The notes: generated from the letters alone by a model not told the origin. A stretch of DNA of 60,388 bases, filler included, from Piptocephalis cylindrospora (GCA_003614145.1; 6 parts of 6 records of this genome joined end to end with filler, not necessarily neighbours in it); one strand, 5' to 3'; counted from the whole stretch's first letter, positions 25,649 to 38,036 are shown. Program-made: numbers and translations.

Positions 25649-26395
25649 TTATCGACGAGGCGCCACCATCAATTCCACTCTCAAAGCCTCCTCCATCTCT
25701 CCGAGCATCGCATCATCCAGCTCGGGTCCATTCAGCCACGCGGATAACCATGCGGTAGCCTCTTCCCGATCCCGCTCCTCCAGAATTTCTCGGGAAATTC
25801 TGCGCTTTAGCTGCGTTTCCCGTTCGTACTGCCTGTACATCCCACTCACTGTCTCGATCGTACGGTCCAAGGTCCAGGTTAAAAGCACAGTTTGTCCATC
25901 CATCATCTCCCTCCCATGCTGTTTCTCTCCTCCCTCATACAGCCCTTGTAGCGTCTTGACATGTCCGTGCAGCTTTGCCACTTGCATCTCCTACCCCAAC
26001 AAAGACGTCAGTCATGTCATGTAACATAGATTGTCCAGATCAACACGCCCCTTCCTACCATGGATACGACCAGTCGATCCAGTAACACCCTTCGCTCTTC
26101 CAGCCGTTCTCGCGACGCCTTTCCATACCATCCACGTAGTTTAGGGAACTCTTCCAGTACTGGATGCCACATCTCGGGTCTATCCTCATAGCTACAAGGG
26201 GCTCAGTAAGCACCCAGAATCCTGTCCAAGGCCCCGCCCTCCTTACCTCGCCTCCAGGTTAGCATTGACCAGGGCCGTCAGAGCCGTTAGCCCATCTCCA
26301 GCCAGATCCTTCCATCTAGGTAGAATACGGACGAATTCCGTCACGGAATCCAAGGTTCTTTTGCGAATCACTAACCAAGGCAAAGGTTCTGACAT
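25649..26395 (-). CDS. CINP (CDK2-interacting protein)-like protein
   Basis: Exons 26395-26247, 26191-26059, 25990-25649. N-terminal RKRTLDSVTEFVRILPRWKDLAGDGLTALTALVN and C-terminal LLTWTLDRTIETVSGMYRQYERETQLKRRISREI...ATAWLSAWLNGPELD follow the recalled CINP pattern (TW...Y.xE..LK.....E.........LS.WL..P). Confidence 0.72.
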
Positions 26396-26522
26396 GGTGA
26401 TCGTTAGGGAGAAGAAAGGGTGCGGACTATCTTTAGAAATGACATGTGTTGACAGATGGCCAATGATAAACAATACCACCCCTACATCGCGTCTCTCTTC
26501 CCTCCCTCCCTCATCATCCAGC

Positions 26523-28506
26523 ATGGCCTCTCCTTCCTCGCTCCCCTCCAAAGTGGACTGCCCGATATGCAAGGCCTCCATCCCAGCCACCCTGATTAAC
26601 GCCCATTTGGACTCGAGTTGCTCAAGATACACGGCCAGTGATCCGGCCATGCCAACTTTAAAACGGGCCAGTACGTCCTTTTCTATTCAACAAAGCCGGT
26701 TCTTCCACACTTTACTCACCCATTATCCGTAGACACCTCGGAACTTGAACCATCGTCCGGGAAAAGACGCGTCTCTCACCCTCTAGAATCCGCTTCCATT
26801 GCCCAATCCTCCTCTCTCCAGAAAGTATCCCCTTCCTCCCAACCCTCTCCTTCTCCGCCTTCCTCTCAGAAACAAAAGCCTCCTTTGGCTGAAAGGCAAA
26901 GGCCAAAGGATCTTTCCGAATACACCGGTCAAGATGAATTGATGGGGCCCAAGGGTCTACTTCGACGCTTAATCGAGCACGATTCCATCCCCTCCATGAT
27001 CCTTTGGGGCCCGCCCGGGACTGGGAAGACCACTTTGGCCAAGGTACCACCGGCCCTTCCCTTCATCTCCTCCTAGACACAGCCCTTCTATGATCACTCA
27101 CACGCCATTTTTCTCGACATAGCTCATTGCTAAAAGGACCAAAGCTCACTTTCAATCTATGAGTGCCATCACCAGTGGTATTGCCGATGTCAAGTACGTT
27201 TAACCTTGCTCTCTTATAATTGCATCCACACTCATCCATCCCTCTCATAACTAGAAAAATCCTGGAGAGTGCAAAAGGGACCATGGTATTTACCGGAAAG
27301 AGGACCATTCTCTTTATGGATGAAGTGTACGCCCCCTCCTTCCTTCCTCTATTTTTTCTTTCCCCCTAACGAAGCTTAGCTACTTCTAGACACCGATTCA
27401 ACCGAACCCAGCAGGATGTCTTTCTTCCCTATGTTGAGTCAGGCGATATTACTCTCATAGGGGCAACCACCGAAAATCCTTCATTCAAGCTTAATGCCGC
27501 TCTTCTCTCCCGATGTCGCGTCTTCCCTCTTCAAGCCCTTTCCTCTCAGGATATCCAAGTCATCCTACAAAGGGCAAAGAACTCCCTGGAGGAGGAGGTC
27601 GTCATTGAGGATGATGTCATTATTCACTTGGCTGACATGAGTAGCGGAGATGGTAGGCTATGCATCCTGTATCATCTCCACTTTGATCCGTCTTTAATCA
27701 TCCCATCGCTTACTTAGCTCGGGTGGCCCTCAATGCCCTGGAGATGGCCGTGGATGGTCTAAGCTCTGCCCAGACATTAACAAAAAAAGATGTGGAGGAT
27801 GCCTTGAAGCGTGCCCACTCCCTCTATGACCGTGCAGGTGATAAGCATTATGGGATGGCGTCGGCTTTTATCAAGAGTATGCGTGGAAGGTACCTTTTTC
27901 TATCTTGGGACTGAAGATCCGTCTCCTCCTATCAACTCATATCTCCTTCTCCAAGTGATCCGGATGCTGCCCTCTACTGGTTACACAGAGCATTACAAGG
28001 TGGGGAAGACCCGCTCTTCCTTGCCCGTCGCATGGTCATTTTTGCCTCTGAGGACGTAGGTCTCGCAGATAATAAGGCCTTGCCTATGGTAGGTTGTCTG
28101 TCTGTCTTTACCTCTGCGCGGATCCCCTCATACTCCCATCCTTCTACAGGCTGTAGCGGCTCAGCAAGCTACAATGCATGTGGGTTTACCTGAGGCGGAG
28201 TATGCCTTGAGTCATGCGGCTGTCTATTTGGCCAGTGCCCCAAAGAGTGTTCGGGTCACAGCAGCCATGAAAAGGGTTAAGAGAGCCCTCAAAGAGCATG
28301 GGCCCCTGGATCCCCCTCCCCATATCGTCAATGCCCCCACGGCCTTGATGAAGTCCATGGGTCATGGTGTTGGCTATCTCTATCCCCCAGATTATCAGGA
28401 TGATCCAGAGGCCCTTGCTGGGCAAACTTACTTACCAGATGCACTGATTGGGGAAACTTTTTTAGATCCTCCCAAAAAGCACCACTCGTTGAGCATAGAT
28501 GAATGA
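26523..28506 (+). CDS. MGS1: AAA+ ATPase Mgs1/WRNIP1 with an N-terminal UBZ4 zinc finger, multi-exon
   Basis: [38 protein letters not shown], Walker [98 protein letters not shown]. Confidence 0.95.
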
Positions 28507-28587
28507 ATGGATAATAGCATTAAGTCATGATTGTTTGACAAAGAGCCTTTTATTCATGTCCCTACGTACTCTACACCATCCCCATCA

Positions 28588-30277
28588 CTAAGCCACTGGA
28601 CCGGGCAGGGCGGAAAAGGCCGTTCGTCGCTCCATGAACCGGGAAATGGCAGCTCGGACATCGGCTAGCTTAGCAGGCTTGCTAATAAAGTCATTCATCC
28701 CGGCTTCTGTGCATTTTAACCGGTCCTCCCATAGCGCATTGGCTGTTAGAGCAACAATCCACGGCCTCTTTCCATCCTCATCCCATTCCCTTCGGATCCT
28801 CCGAGTAGTTTCATACCCGTCAATCCCTGGCATGGAGATGTCTAATGGGGAGTGCGGTTAAACAACATGACTATCCCGTCTCTCACCTCTACTTCTCATC
28901 ACTATCACTTACCCATGAGAAGGATATCCCAAGTACCGACCCGAAGCTTCTCCAAGGCCTGAAAACCATCTCCGGCCACCTCATAGTGTTGTTCCAACTT
29001 CCTTAATATCCTTCCTGTGACCATTTGATTAATAGCATTATCCTCGACCATGAGGATGCGGAAGGTGGGCAATGGTACATCTGGGATGCTGCCTGAAGGG
29101 GAAGAGCACACGGATCTGGGTGAGGCCGGGGTAAAGAGGGGCGATGTAGCAGGATAGCCCACGCTCACGGGGGAAAGGCCCGGGGTCCCGCCTCCCCCCA
29201 TCTCCTCCGCCCCCAGCATCGTGTAATGTCGACCCGAGGTGACTCGTAGACCCGTAAGGGAGGTCGGGCCTGATTGAATCCGAAACCGTGTTGGAGATGG
29301 GGGCTCACCTCTAAGGTAAGCCTCCCCTTCCTCTACTGAAGAATCCGCCATTTGAATGCCCAAACCCAGACGAGAGGGAGAATGGGAGGAAAAGGAGGTA
29401 GATCGACGGGGGAGGAGGCCCTCGCCTTTAAAGGTTCCTCTACCACCAGTTCCCTCCTCGGTCAAGCCACGAATTCTTCCCCTCGGCCTTAACTCCTCCT
29501 CATCTGGAAGAGGGATTCGAATGGTCGGGGAGAGAGACTGGGAGGATCCTGCCGGAGTAATGGGGATCATAGGTTGGGTATCTACCATAATTCCGTATCC
29601 TGCGTTCTCTTTATCCTTCACAGAACGTATCTCCATCTCATGATAGGTGGTTTCGTGAGGGCTCCCCTTCCTCATCCTAGAATACATCGGTACATCCTCA
29701 CCCACGCTGCGCTGCGCTTCGTCCGAAGCCCTCTCCACCCCATGATAGATTGTCCTTTGGGATTTTTCCGTGCTAAAGAAAGTGGCTTGATGTGCCTGGT
29801 CTATCTCATAGCGTGTCTTATCTCCGGGCGCCTCTGTTGCAGAATTTTCTTTCTCTTTGGACTCCTCCATCCCGGAATATACCTTCACCTTGCGTTCTTC
29901 CATATCCAAATGCATCTTCTCCTTGAACTCGTTACTTTTAGGAGACATCACGCCATTCATCACCTCCTCTTCAATTACCATCTCCTCCACAATTTCCTCT
30001 TCTTCGACGATCTCCTCCACTGTTCGAGCACCATCACTACTCCTTGGACTGGTGGCATAAATATCCTCCTTCACCGTGCTCTCCTTGGCAGACGGTTTGT
30101 AGGTCACTCTCCCTTCCTCCTCCCATTGCTCTTTGAATGCTTCGGGGAAAACCAAGGGCTCCCAGGACGTCTCTACCTCATGTCCAGCAGGAAGATCAGT
30201 GGTGTAGACGCGATGAAGGAATTTAGCGACCGAAGAGCGCTTAGCCGGGGTCATAGAGGAGAAGACATGGGGTCCTA
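28588..30277 (-). CDS. two-component receiver-domain protein, probably the 3' end of a hybrid histidine kinase; 5'-truncated
   Basis: ILMVEDNAINQMV...WDILLM-D-ISMPGIDGYETTRRIR...IVALTANALWEDRLKCTEAGMNDFISKP. The phosphoacceptor Asp codon is split by intron 28912-28842. Confidence 0.88.
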
Positions 30278-30377
30278 NNNNNNNNNNNNNNNNNNNNNNN
30301 NNNNNNNNNNNNNNNNNNNNNTTAATTAATTAANNNNNNNNNNNNNNNNNNNNNNNNNNNNNNNNNNNNNNNNNNNN
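30278..30377. other. artificial contig linker
   Basis: 44 N + TTAATTAATTAA + 44 N. Confidence 0.98.
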
Positions 30378-31406
30378 CCCCACCCCCCTCTTCCGACCAT
30401 CACAGATGATGAGCATGGCCCGCCAAAAGGTCAGGTATTCCCGGTCAACCTCAAGGGAAATGTACATCCGAATATCACCGTGCAACTCCCGGATCCCTTC
30501 CTGATCCAGCCCCTCTAGCACTTGGGTGGGTTCCCGTAGAGAAAGTTCCCAGCCCTCAAAAATCTCCTCGCGTTCCTCCTCGGCAAGACCAAGGAGCCCA
30601 GCATCCTCCTGGTTTTTATTCTCCCCAGAAACCTTGTCCTCCTCGGAGAGTCGGATAAGTAAGGCAAGAAGATCGACAGGTTTGGCTCTTCCCTCCCGCA
30701 TACGAATCTCGGCCCGACGCTTGGCCTGGTCCAAATGAAACCTGGTTTCCTTGGCCTCCCAGTCCCCTAGCTGGGCCATATCATTCTCTCGTTGGATCCG
30801 TACCCTCTCAGCCTCCCTCTCCTCCTCCTCCCGTTCCCTTTCAGCACGTCGTTCCGAGAGTTTCCGGAGCTCTTCAGCCACCTCAGCTTGTCTGTCGCTT
30901 TCATTCCGTCGGCGGACTCCACGTCGCTTATCCTCCTCTTCCTTTTTCTTCCACCGAAAGGTCCCTGAGAGTGCCTGAGCTGTAGATCCCTCTGGGTCAT
31001 ACTCATGCCACTGTGCACTTGTAGGAGCAGGAGGGGCCTTTGAGGAGGACGTTGCGGGGGAATGGCGTCTTTCTCGTTCCTTTCTTTCTTTCCTTCTCTA
31101 GTATAATGATGTGATTTTAGGAGGATCAGCTGGAACCGCTCCTCTTCTCTCCTCTCCATCATCAAGACCCAAACGTCAAAGATTTACCTTTCGTGCAGGA
31201 GGGGATCGTGAACGTGAGTAGGAAGAACGACGATGATCTCGATCCTCTCGAGTGCCTGGTCGACTGCGCCTGGAAGACCGCTCACGGCTTGAATCCCGAT
31301 CGTGTCGGCGAGAGCTGCGCTCCCGATACCGTTCTCGACTAGGGTCACGACGCCGCTCCCGTCTCTCTGACCGATATGAATCCCTTGGGCTAGGTGACCT
31401 AGGCAT
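30378..31406 (-). CDS. cactin (spliceosome-associated, Cay1-like), 5' part
   Basis: RS/RE-rich N-terminus, one intron, then TFRWKKK and the cactin mid-domain motif WEAKETRFHLDQAKRRAEIRMREGRAKPVDLLA...LREP...ELHGDIRMYISLE...FW. Truncated at the linker. Confidence 0.88.
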
Positions 31407-33111
31407 CTCGAAAAGAAAAAGAGAGAGGGTGGTGATGGGAAAGGGAGAGAAGGAAGGAATGTTTGGGCTCTCCGACTACCCACACTTGTTTTGGTACCAG
31501 GACATGGAAATACCGTCCTTATTGACTTTGTGGAATGATATCTACATCCATGCTTCTGCTTATCTTCCCTGGCTCTTGTGCGCGGACCTTTATCTCTCAG
31601 CAGCCCCTGACTGTAGACCCGTATAATAAAAGCTGAGCTTCCCTCTCTCTCTCTCTATCTTCCCCGGCTTTTATATCCTCTAAAGCTATCCTGATACTAC
31701 TATACATAGCGTGCCGTATATGCTTGTTTAGCTATTTTTCAAGTACATTTCAAAATATATACCATTCAATGTGATCGATCGAGCTTGTACGAGGCCCCTT
31801 CCAATGACATGTTTAAACATACTTTGATGAGTATTCAAGTTGCTCGGACGGGGGGTTTATCGTGCGATCCAAAAGCCTCGGCTCATTTCACCCTTTCTCT
31901 CTTGATACCCTTTAATACTCTTCCGATGGAGCTCCCATGACTGGGATATCCCCTTATCCAAGACAGTGTTACCCTTGGAATATCCTGAGCAGCGATCCCC
32001 AATCCAGGAGAGAAACCTATGCGTGAGACTGGAAAATGACCCTATTATTATCGTTGTAAGGAATGTATTATCGGGGACCTCTTTATGCGCCTTGATCAGC
32101 ACTTCTGCCTCATTCCTTCAGGCACGTCATGTGTTGACCACATGACCTGTAGGGTATGTCCAGGATTTATGCACACATCCTAGCCCTTTAGAGTAGAGGT
32201 GAGGAGAGCGAGAAAGGAAAGTATCCTCGCTATCTCCTCCTCTATTCTGCCCTTGGCATCCCTCGTCAAGGAGATCACTCGCCCTCAAGGGATAAGAGGC
32301 ACATCAAGATGATGGCAAAGCCAGTCACCCGCCGCGCCTACTCCGCCAGATCACACCTGACTTGACCCGATTCCTCAGGTGCTGTGGGAGAGATCCTCGC
32401 CCCTAGGCAAGACGATATTCTGAGGCTGTTAGAGCAGTGAACCCAGGGGAATGTGTGTATGTGTATGTTTAAAGTCCCCACATCCCCATATAAGTTTCCG
32501 AGTGACCAATCTGTGTGGATGCACATGGTACGCTGAATGTATATTTGTGCCCTTGGACCATGGTTGTTTAGGTACGTGATGAGGGAGGGGAGCGGATGAG
32601 GGGGCCCACCTCTAAGGGTCATCATCCCTTCCCCATCCTCCCTCCTATACTGTACATTCTAGCCTCTATTATCCGTGTACCCATGCACCCTCCCTCCTCC
32701 TCTCCCCCCTTCCTCCCAATCCATCTATCCATGCTCACACAACCACCTGCCCCTGAAATTTATTGTACCAAACGATGGTCGGTCTACTCATGTCATCTCT
32801 CCTCGATATCCATCTCTCCTCTTTCCACATTAGCCGTCCCCTCACCTTTGATCCATATGTCGAATGGCACAGGAAATGCCATTTTTTGACATGGATAAAA
32901 GCCTTATAAGGTGAGCAGGGTAAATTTCATTCCTCTCTCTTCCTCTCCCCTTCCACTCTCTTTTCTTTTCTTTTCTTTCCTTTCCATTTACTCTTTATCT
33001 TTGCTTTCCATGCCATCTCCTATCGCCTGAGTCTTTTTTATTCTCCCTCCTGTTGCCCATTTCCCCAGCTCCACTTCATCCTCTATCCCACATCCTTCAT
33101 CCTCAGCTCAA

Positions 33112-35106
33112 ATGCTCAACACCTACTTATCCAATCAGCAATTTTCATCCAGGAAGGTTCCAGTACTTACTAGGCCTGGAGAAGGGGGAGGAGGAGGAAT
33201 TAGGTCGTCCCATTCCCATACCCATTCGGGAAGCTCGTTATCCGACACGAAGATGGATCCTACCATCATGGCCCCATCAACTCACCAAACATCGTACAGG
33301 GGGTTTCGACGTCCAAGTACCCCAAGTAGCCTGAGTAGTCATGGAGGAAGTGGGACAAGTGGAGGATCGGTGTTTCGGCCGGGATTTCCCTCCAGGGTTC
33401 ATCCATCCATCCCCATTGAGGGCCGGATTCCTGGGGGCGAGAGCAGAGGGAGTACCAGTGAGACAGATCTGTACCAAGGGTCCATTGATGTGGATGATTC
33501 TCCCTATTCTAGTGGGGATAAGGATGGAGTGGGGCTTGGTCAGTCCATGCGTCACCCTATGCGACGACCTTTCGACTTGGCCCAAGACGACATGGAAGAG
33601 GATTTGGAAATGAAGGTACAAAGGTACCAGAAGCAGATATCACTTCTTCAGATAGAAAGAGACTCCCTTTCCAAGCAAGTCGAGTATCTTTCCTTAATGC
33701 ATGGCATCTCCTACCAACCCTCTTCCGGATCCAGCCTCTCGAGTCATGGAGGTGCCCGGAGGAGTGGGGCAGCATCAGCCATTGGCATTGGATCAAGCTC
33801 ATACTCCACCTCCATGTACCAGGGTATGGATATGAGCGGAACCTCGGCTACTTTAGTATCGGGTGGGGATCGACGGCCTAGCTGGGCCGCCTCTGCCACA
33901 ACCAGCTCTGGCGGAGATCAGTACTTTGTAGCTTCCTCCACCCGAAAGATGAAGGTGTGTGTCTCCACGGCCCTCTCCGCCCCCTCCTCCCCCACGGATA
34001 CGGATGGATATCCAAGCGAGACGGATCCTGAGGATGGAGAAGAGGACTTGGCCAGTATGTACGATGAAGAAATGGAGACGGAGGAGGAGGATACCATAGA
34101 AGGGGATGGTGGGAATGTGGGGGATGGAGAAGACTTTGGAAAGGGCGTAGGCGCATCCATATCGTCTTTGACCCTCTCGGAGACGAGAATGTCAAGTGAT
34201 AGCCCCTCCTCCTTAGGGCTCTTCCAGGAGGATCCCACCCCATCCTCCACGGCGAACAACTCTCCCTCGGTCAAGGAAGACAAGGGGAATGACTGGGACA
34301 CGGACGATGAAGAGGAGGTACGGAGGGACAAAAACTGTAGCCTGGGGGAGACGCCCAAGGCCCTGGTCATCCCCAGCCCAGTGATACCCGCGGATCTATG
34401 GGCAAGCATTGATGCTGTACAAAAGGACCTTTCCTATGACTATGATGAAGAAGAGGCTGGGATAGATGAGACAGAGGAAGGGGGAGTAAAGGAGGGAAGC
34501 CCCACGGGCGGTTGGAGGAGTAGGAGACGTGGAATTAAGGCCAGATATTTGGGGATGTGCCGTACTCTGGAGGAGACTTCGGACCGAATAAGGACCATGG
34601 CGGATGTGCTTGGATTTAGGCTGGGTTCGGTAGGAAGGAGGAGCCCGACTTCCTCACCTGGAGGTCTCCCTGATGCATCTGTCCTGGTGGAGCAATTGTC
34701 CGAGGAGGTCATTTCCCTCTTGGCTTTCCTCCAAGGTCCACAGTCCAGATCACCTCCCGTGCGGACATGGGGGAAAGAGGTGTTGGGGAGTGGTTTGCGT
34801 CAACGGGCGGAACGGGCTGTGTCTCTCCCTTCCTGGATCCCTATGTCCAAGATGGTGTCAAGGATGATGCGATTGGCCCGCTTCATGGCTGCTGCCCTTC
34901 TTTGGCTTCTTTGCCTCGCCTATACGGTGGGTATGCTACTCATTGTGGGCTGGAAGCGCGGCTCCCTGTCTCGAAATCTTGATCAAACCGGTCGATCAGG
35001 GAATCATGCCTCTGGAGGAGACCGTGGCTTCAGAGGGGATCGTGATTCTAACGAAGATGCAAACGATGCGGAGGGTACGGGCTCTGCAGGAAGGGCGACA
35101 ACCTAG
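33112..35106 (+). CDS. hypothetical low-complexity protein with a coiled coil and a C-terminal TM segment
   Basis: 664-codon intronless ORF after a long CT tract. Coiled coil DLEMKVQRYQKQISLLQIERDSLSKQVEYL; hydrophobic FMAAALLWLLCLAYTVGMLLIVGW. Confidence 0.75.
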   Translation: MLNTYLSNQQFSSRKVPVLTRPGEGGGGGIRSSHSHTHSGSSLSDTKMDPTIMAPSTHQTSYRGFRRPSTPSSLSSHGGSGTSGGSVFRPGFPSRVHPSIPIEGRIPGGESRGSTSETDLYQGSIDVDDSPYSSGDKDGVGLGQSMRHPMRRPFDLAQDDMEEDLEMKVQRYQKQISLLQIERDSLSKQVEYLSLMHGISYQPSSGSSLSSHGGARRSGAASAIGIGSSSYSTSMYQGMDMSGTSATLVSGGDRRPSWAASATTSSGGDQYFVASSTRKMKVCVSTALSAPSSPTDTDGYPSETDPEDGEEDLASMYDEEMETEEEDTIEGDGGNVGDGEDFGKGVGASISSLTLSETRMSSDSPSSLGLFQEDPTPSSTANNSPSVKEDKGNDWDTDDEEEVRRDKNCSLGETPKALVIPSPVIPADLWASIDAVQKDLSYDYDEEEAGIDETEEGGVKEGSPTGGWRSRRRGIKARYLGMCRTLEETSDRIRTMADVLGFRLGSVGRRSPTSSPGGLPDASVLVEQLSEEVISLLAFLQGPQSRSPPVRTWGKEVLGSGLRQRAERAVSLPSWIPMSKMVSRMMRLARFMAAALLWLLCLAYTVGMLLIVGWKRGSLSRNLDQTGRSGNHASGGDRGFRGDRDSNEDANDAEGTGSAGRATT

Positions 35107-36023
35107 CCAGTCCTTGTTGTGTGGCTGTTGTGTTGCTTTTTTCTTTCCATTTCTCTGTTGATCGAGCCCCTTTTTTATCTCCCATTTAATTATCACGTAT
35201 GGTTTCTGAGCATCATGAGAGTCCAATGAGGCCTAACAGCCCTGCAGTGAGGATATCCTGACCGATGGTTACCAGTTCATTGAGCTTGGTCGACACCCCA
35301 AGCGTTGATCTAGATTGGGTAGACTCCACCATAAATCCCCCATATTCCTCTCCTCGGCCCGCCCACACACCCGCAGCGCATTTCTTGCCTCAAAAAGACA
35401 GATTTGTGCTACGCTGTCGGGTATGAAATCACACGCACACGCACACACTTCATTTCCCAACGCAAAACCATTGGCCCCCCCCCCTTCAGACAGGAGGAGA
35501 GGGTGTGCGGATGAAGAGAGTAGCGCTGCTCTTCATCCGCACACACACACACACATGTACTGTGAAGACACAAGCCTTGTCTAAAAATCAGGTCACTTTC
35601 CTCAACAACAACCCCCCTTTTTTCCCTTGCTCATTCCATCCTTCCAGGCTCCCTGTCGTGCCAGAGAAGCTGGGATGAGAGGGGAGCGGGGAGTAGAAAA
35701 GCGTATTGCTTCCCCAGGTCCTGTCAAGGCTATTCCTCTCCATCCCTTCCCCTTCTTCCCCTTGGCTTCTTCAAATAACCTTTCCACCCTTCTCTCCTCT
35801 CCTTTCTTTTCCTTTCCCCTCCTCTATCTCATCTCCCCTTTATTTCCTTACATACCTTAAAACCCTATACCGACTGTGCACTCGTTTCCTCTTTTTAATT
35901 ACTATTCTCCAGAGCCACCCATCTTCATTTGCTCTCGTCGCACCCCATCCCATCATTCATCCTGACTTTACCTCCTCCTCCTCTTCCACACACATCTACA
36001 CAGCGCAACACAACACAACATAA

Positions 36024-37130
36024 ATGGCTGTCGCATCACCCGAAAAGCCCGTGCAAGCAGGAAATCCAAGTGCGGATGCGGATTGGGATGTCCGCAGCGT
36101 TCATCAGCGTGGATTTCGCATGACCCGAAAGAGGCTATACCTGTTTGCAGGCCTTCTCCTCCTGGCCGTAGCAGGCATTGTAACGGGGGTGGTGGTCAGC
36201 GCGGTGGGGAAGAGTAATGCGGATGTGGGGGACCCGACCGCGGCACCCACCGATCTAACGATCCGACCCAACCCGGATCTTTCCCGTTCCTTCTATGGTC
36301 TAGCCTATACACCCCTGAGTGCACAGTTCCCATGGTGTGGATCGACACTGCGGGAGGTGGTGGAGGACATTAAAATTCTGTCGCAAATGACCACCCGTAT
36401 CCGTCTGTACGGGATGGACTGTCAACAGGCTGACTTTACCCTTGAAGCCATTCGGCTCCTCAAGGTGCCCATGACTGTAGTGGTTACTATATGGGTCGAT
36501 TCCAACGCCACGACGTATCAACGACAGGTGGACTCGCTGTGGTCCACCCTGGCCACCCATGGAACCGATCTGATTGAGGGGATCGCCGTGGGGAATGAGG
36601 CGCTCTTCCGTGAGGAGATCACCCTGTCCAACCTGACCTCCCGAATGTCCACCATCCGATCTCAGCTTCAGACCCGGGGATACAAGGCTGTCCCGGTCCT
36701 AACCTCAGAACTTGGGTCTCTCTACACCACTGGACTGATTCAGGCATCGGATGTGTCCCTGGCCAATATCCATCCGTACTTTGCCGGAGGAACCGTGCAG
36801 GAGGCTCCCGCCTGGACCGATACGTACTTCACCTCCAACATCCTCAATCCCTCCAAGGCGCTGGGCAAACCTTCGATCATTGGGGAAGTGGGATGGCCTA
36901 CGGCCGGAGCCTCCCAGAACTCGAGTGTCGCGTCCGTCGCCAATCTCCAGTACTTTATCGACAATTATCTGTGTCAAGCCAATGCCAAAGGCATGCCCTA
37001 CTACTTTTTCGAGGCATTTGACGAACCCTGGAAAGAAAAGACCTTTACCCTTCTCGAAGCCAGCTGGGGTCTCTTGGCCGCGAAGACTCGTAAGCCCAAG
37101 GTGAAGCTTCCCAAGTGTCCATTGTCCTGA
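36024..37130 (+). CDS. glycoside hydrolase family 17 beta-1,3-glucanase/glucanosyltransferase, type II membrane anchor
   Basis: FYGLAYTP...CG...TTRIRLYGMDC, acid/base motif IAVGNEALFR, LANIHPYF, nucleophile motif IIGEVGWPT, YYFFEAFDEPWK, EASWGL. N-terminal TM helix. Confidence 0.93.
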   Translation: MAVASPEKPVQAGNPSADADWDVRSVHQRGFRMTRKRLYLFAGLLLLAVAGIVTGVVVSAVGKSNADVGDPTAAPTDLTIRPNPDLSRSFYGLAYTPLSAQFPWCGSTLREVVEDIKILSQMTTRIRLYGMDCQQADFTLEAIRLLKVPMTVVVTIWVDSNATTYQRQVDSLWSTLATHGTDLIEGIAVGNEALFREEITLSNLTSRMSTIRSQLQTRGYKAVPVLTSELGSLYTTGLIQASDVSLANIHPYFAGGTVQEAPAWTDTYFTSNILNPSKALGKPSIIGEVGWPTAGASQNSSVASVANLQYFIDNYLCQANAKGMPYYFFEAFDEPWKEKTFTLLEASWGLLAAKTRKPKVKLPKCPLS

Positions 37131-37734
37131 GCTGGTGGGTGAGGTGTTGGACGGTGGGAGGAGGGCAGAGTATCTTACAGTAGAATAGATGGGATGTTTT
37201 GATTTTTAGGGATTTTTCACGAATAAGTGGTCCGATATTTCGTTTGAATTAGGACAAATTTCACCACTCATCTCACCCTTCCCCACTTTCCAAAGGACAA
37301 CAGCAATGTGCCTCATCCTCCTGATGGTCCATTCTGGTGGTCCGACCTTATCTTTCCCGGAGACCTAGACGCAGTAGTAGAGGAAAATGGCCTCCGCCCT
37401 TCTTGGTCCGCCCACCACCCCCTCTCCCGACTTTCCCCGCCCACACTGGCGTCAATAGCTGTAAATTGGAGCTTGTGAGTCCGTTTGTGGGTATAAGACC
37501 CGGCTCTTTCTTTTTTACTCGTTATCTCCCTCCTCTCTCTCCCAAGGGTTTGAGGGCTTGGGCGGGATGGTATCTCCCACTCTGACCCCAAAATATTAAG
37601 CTTTGCCCCACCCCAGTACGCGGGGTTTCCGTTCCTCCACCACCATTACTACTACTACTATCACTACCATTGCTACCATTACCAGACAGATGGTTATCTC
37701 TGTTGGCGGTGGGTATACAGGCAAGATGACTGAC

Positions 37735-37738
37735 CACA

Positions 37739-37771
<33 letters not shown>
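37735..37771. repeat. (CA)n microsatellite
   Basis: read directly, one interruption. Confidence 0.9.
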
Positions 37772-38036
37772 CCACACTCTTCTTTCTTTCCCCGCTCCTC
37801 CTCCTCCTCCCCCTTCATACATTCACCCCACTTTGTCACCCTCGCGCTTTTCGGTCCTTTTTACACGCTCTCTCCCACTCCCACTCCCGACCTCTCGTCT
37901 CTTTGACCCCTCACTGCCGTTCCTTTCTTTTCTCTTCTCTCTCTCTCTCCCTTCCTTTCTTGCTGCCCAAGTGATCGGCCCTCCTCCCCCCTTCCCTCCG
38001 TCCGTTCGTCCGTCCTCCTAGCCTCTCTGATCCAAT

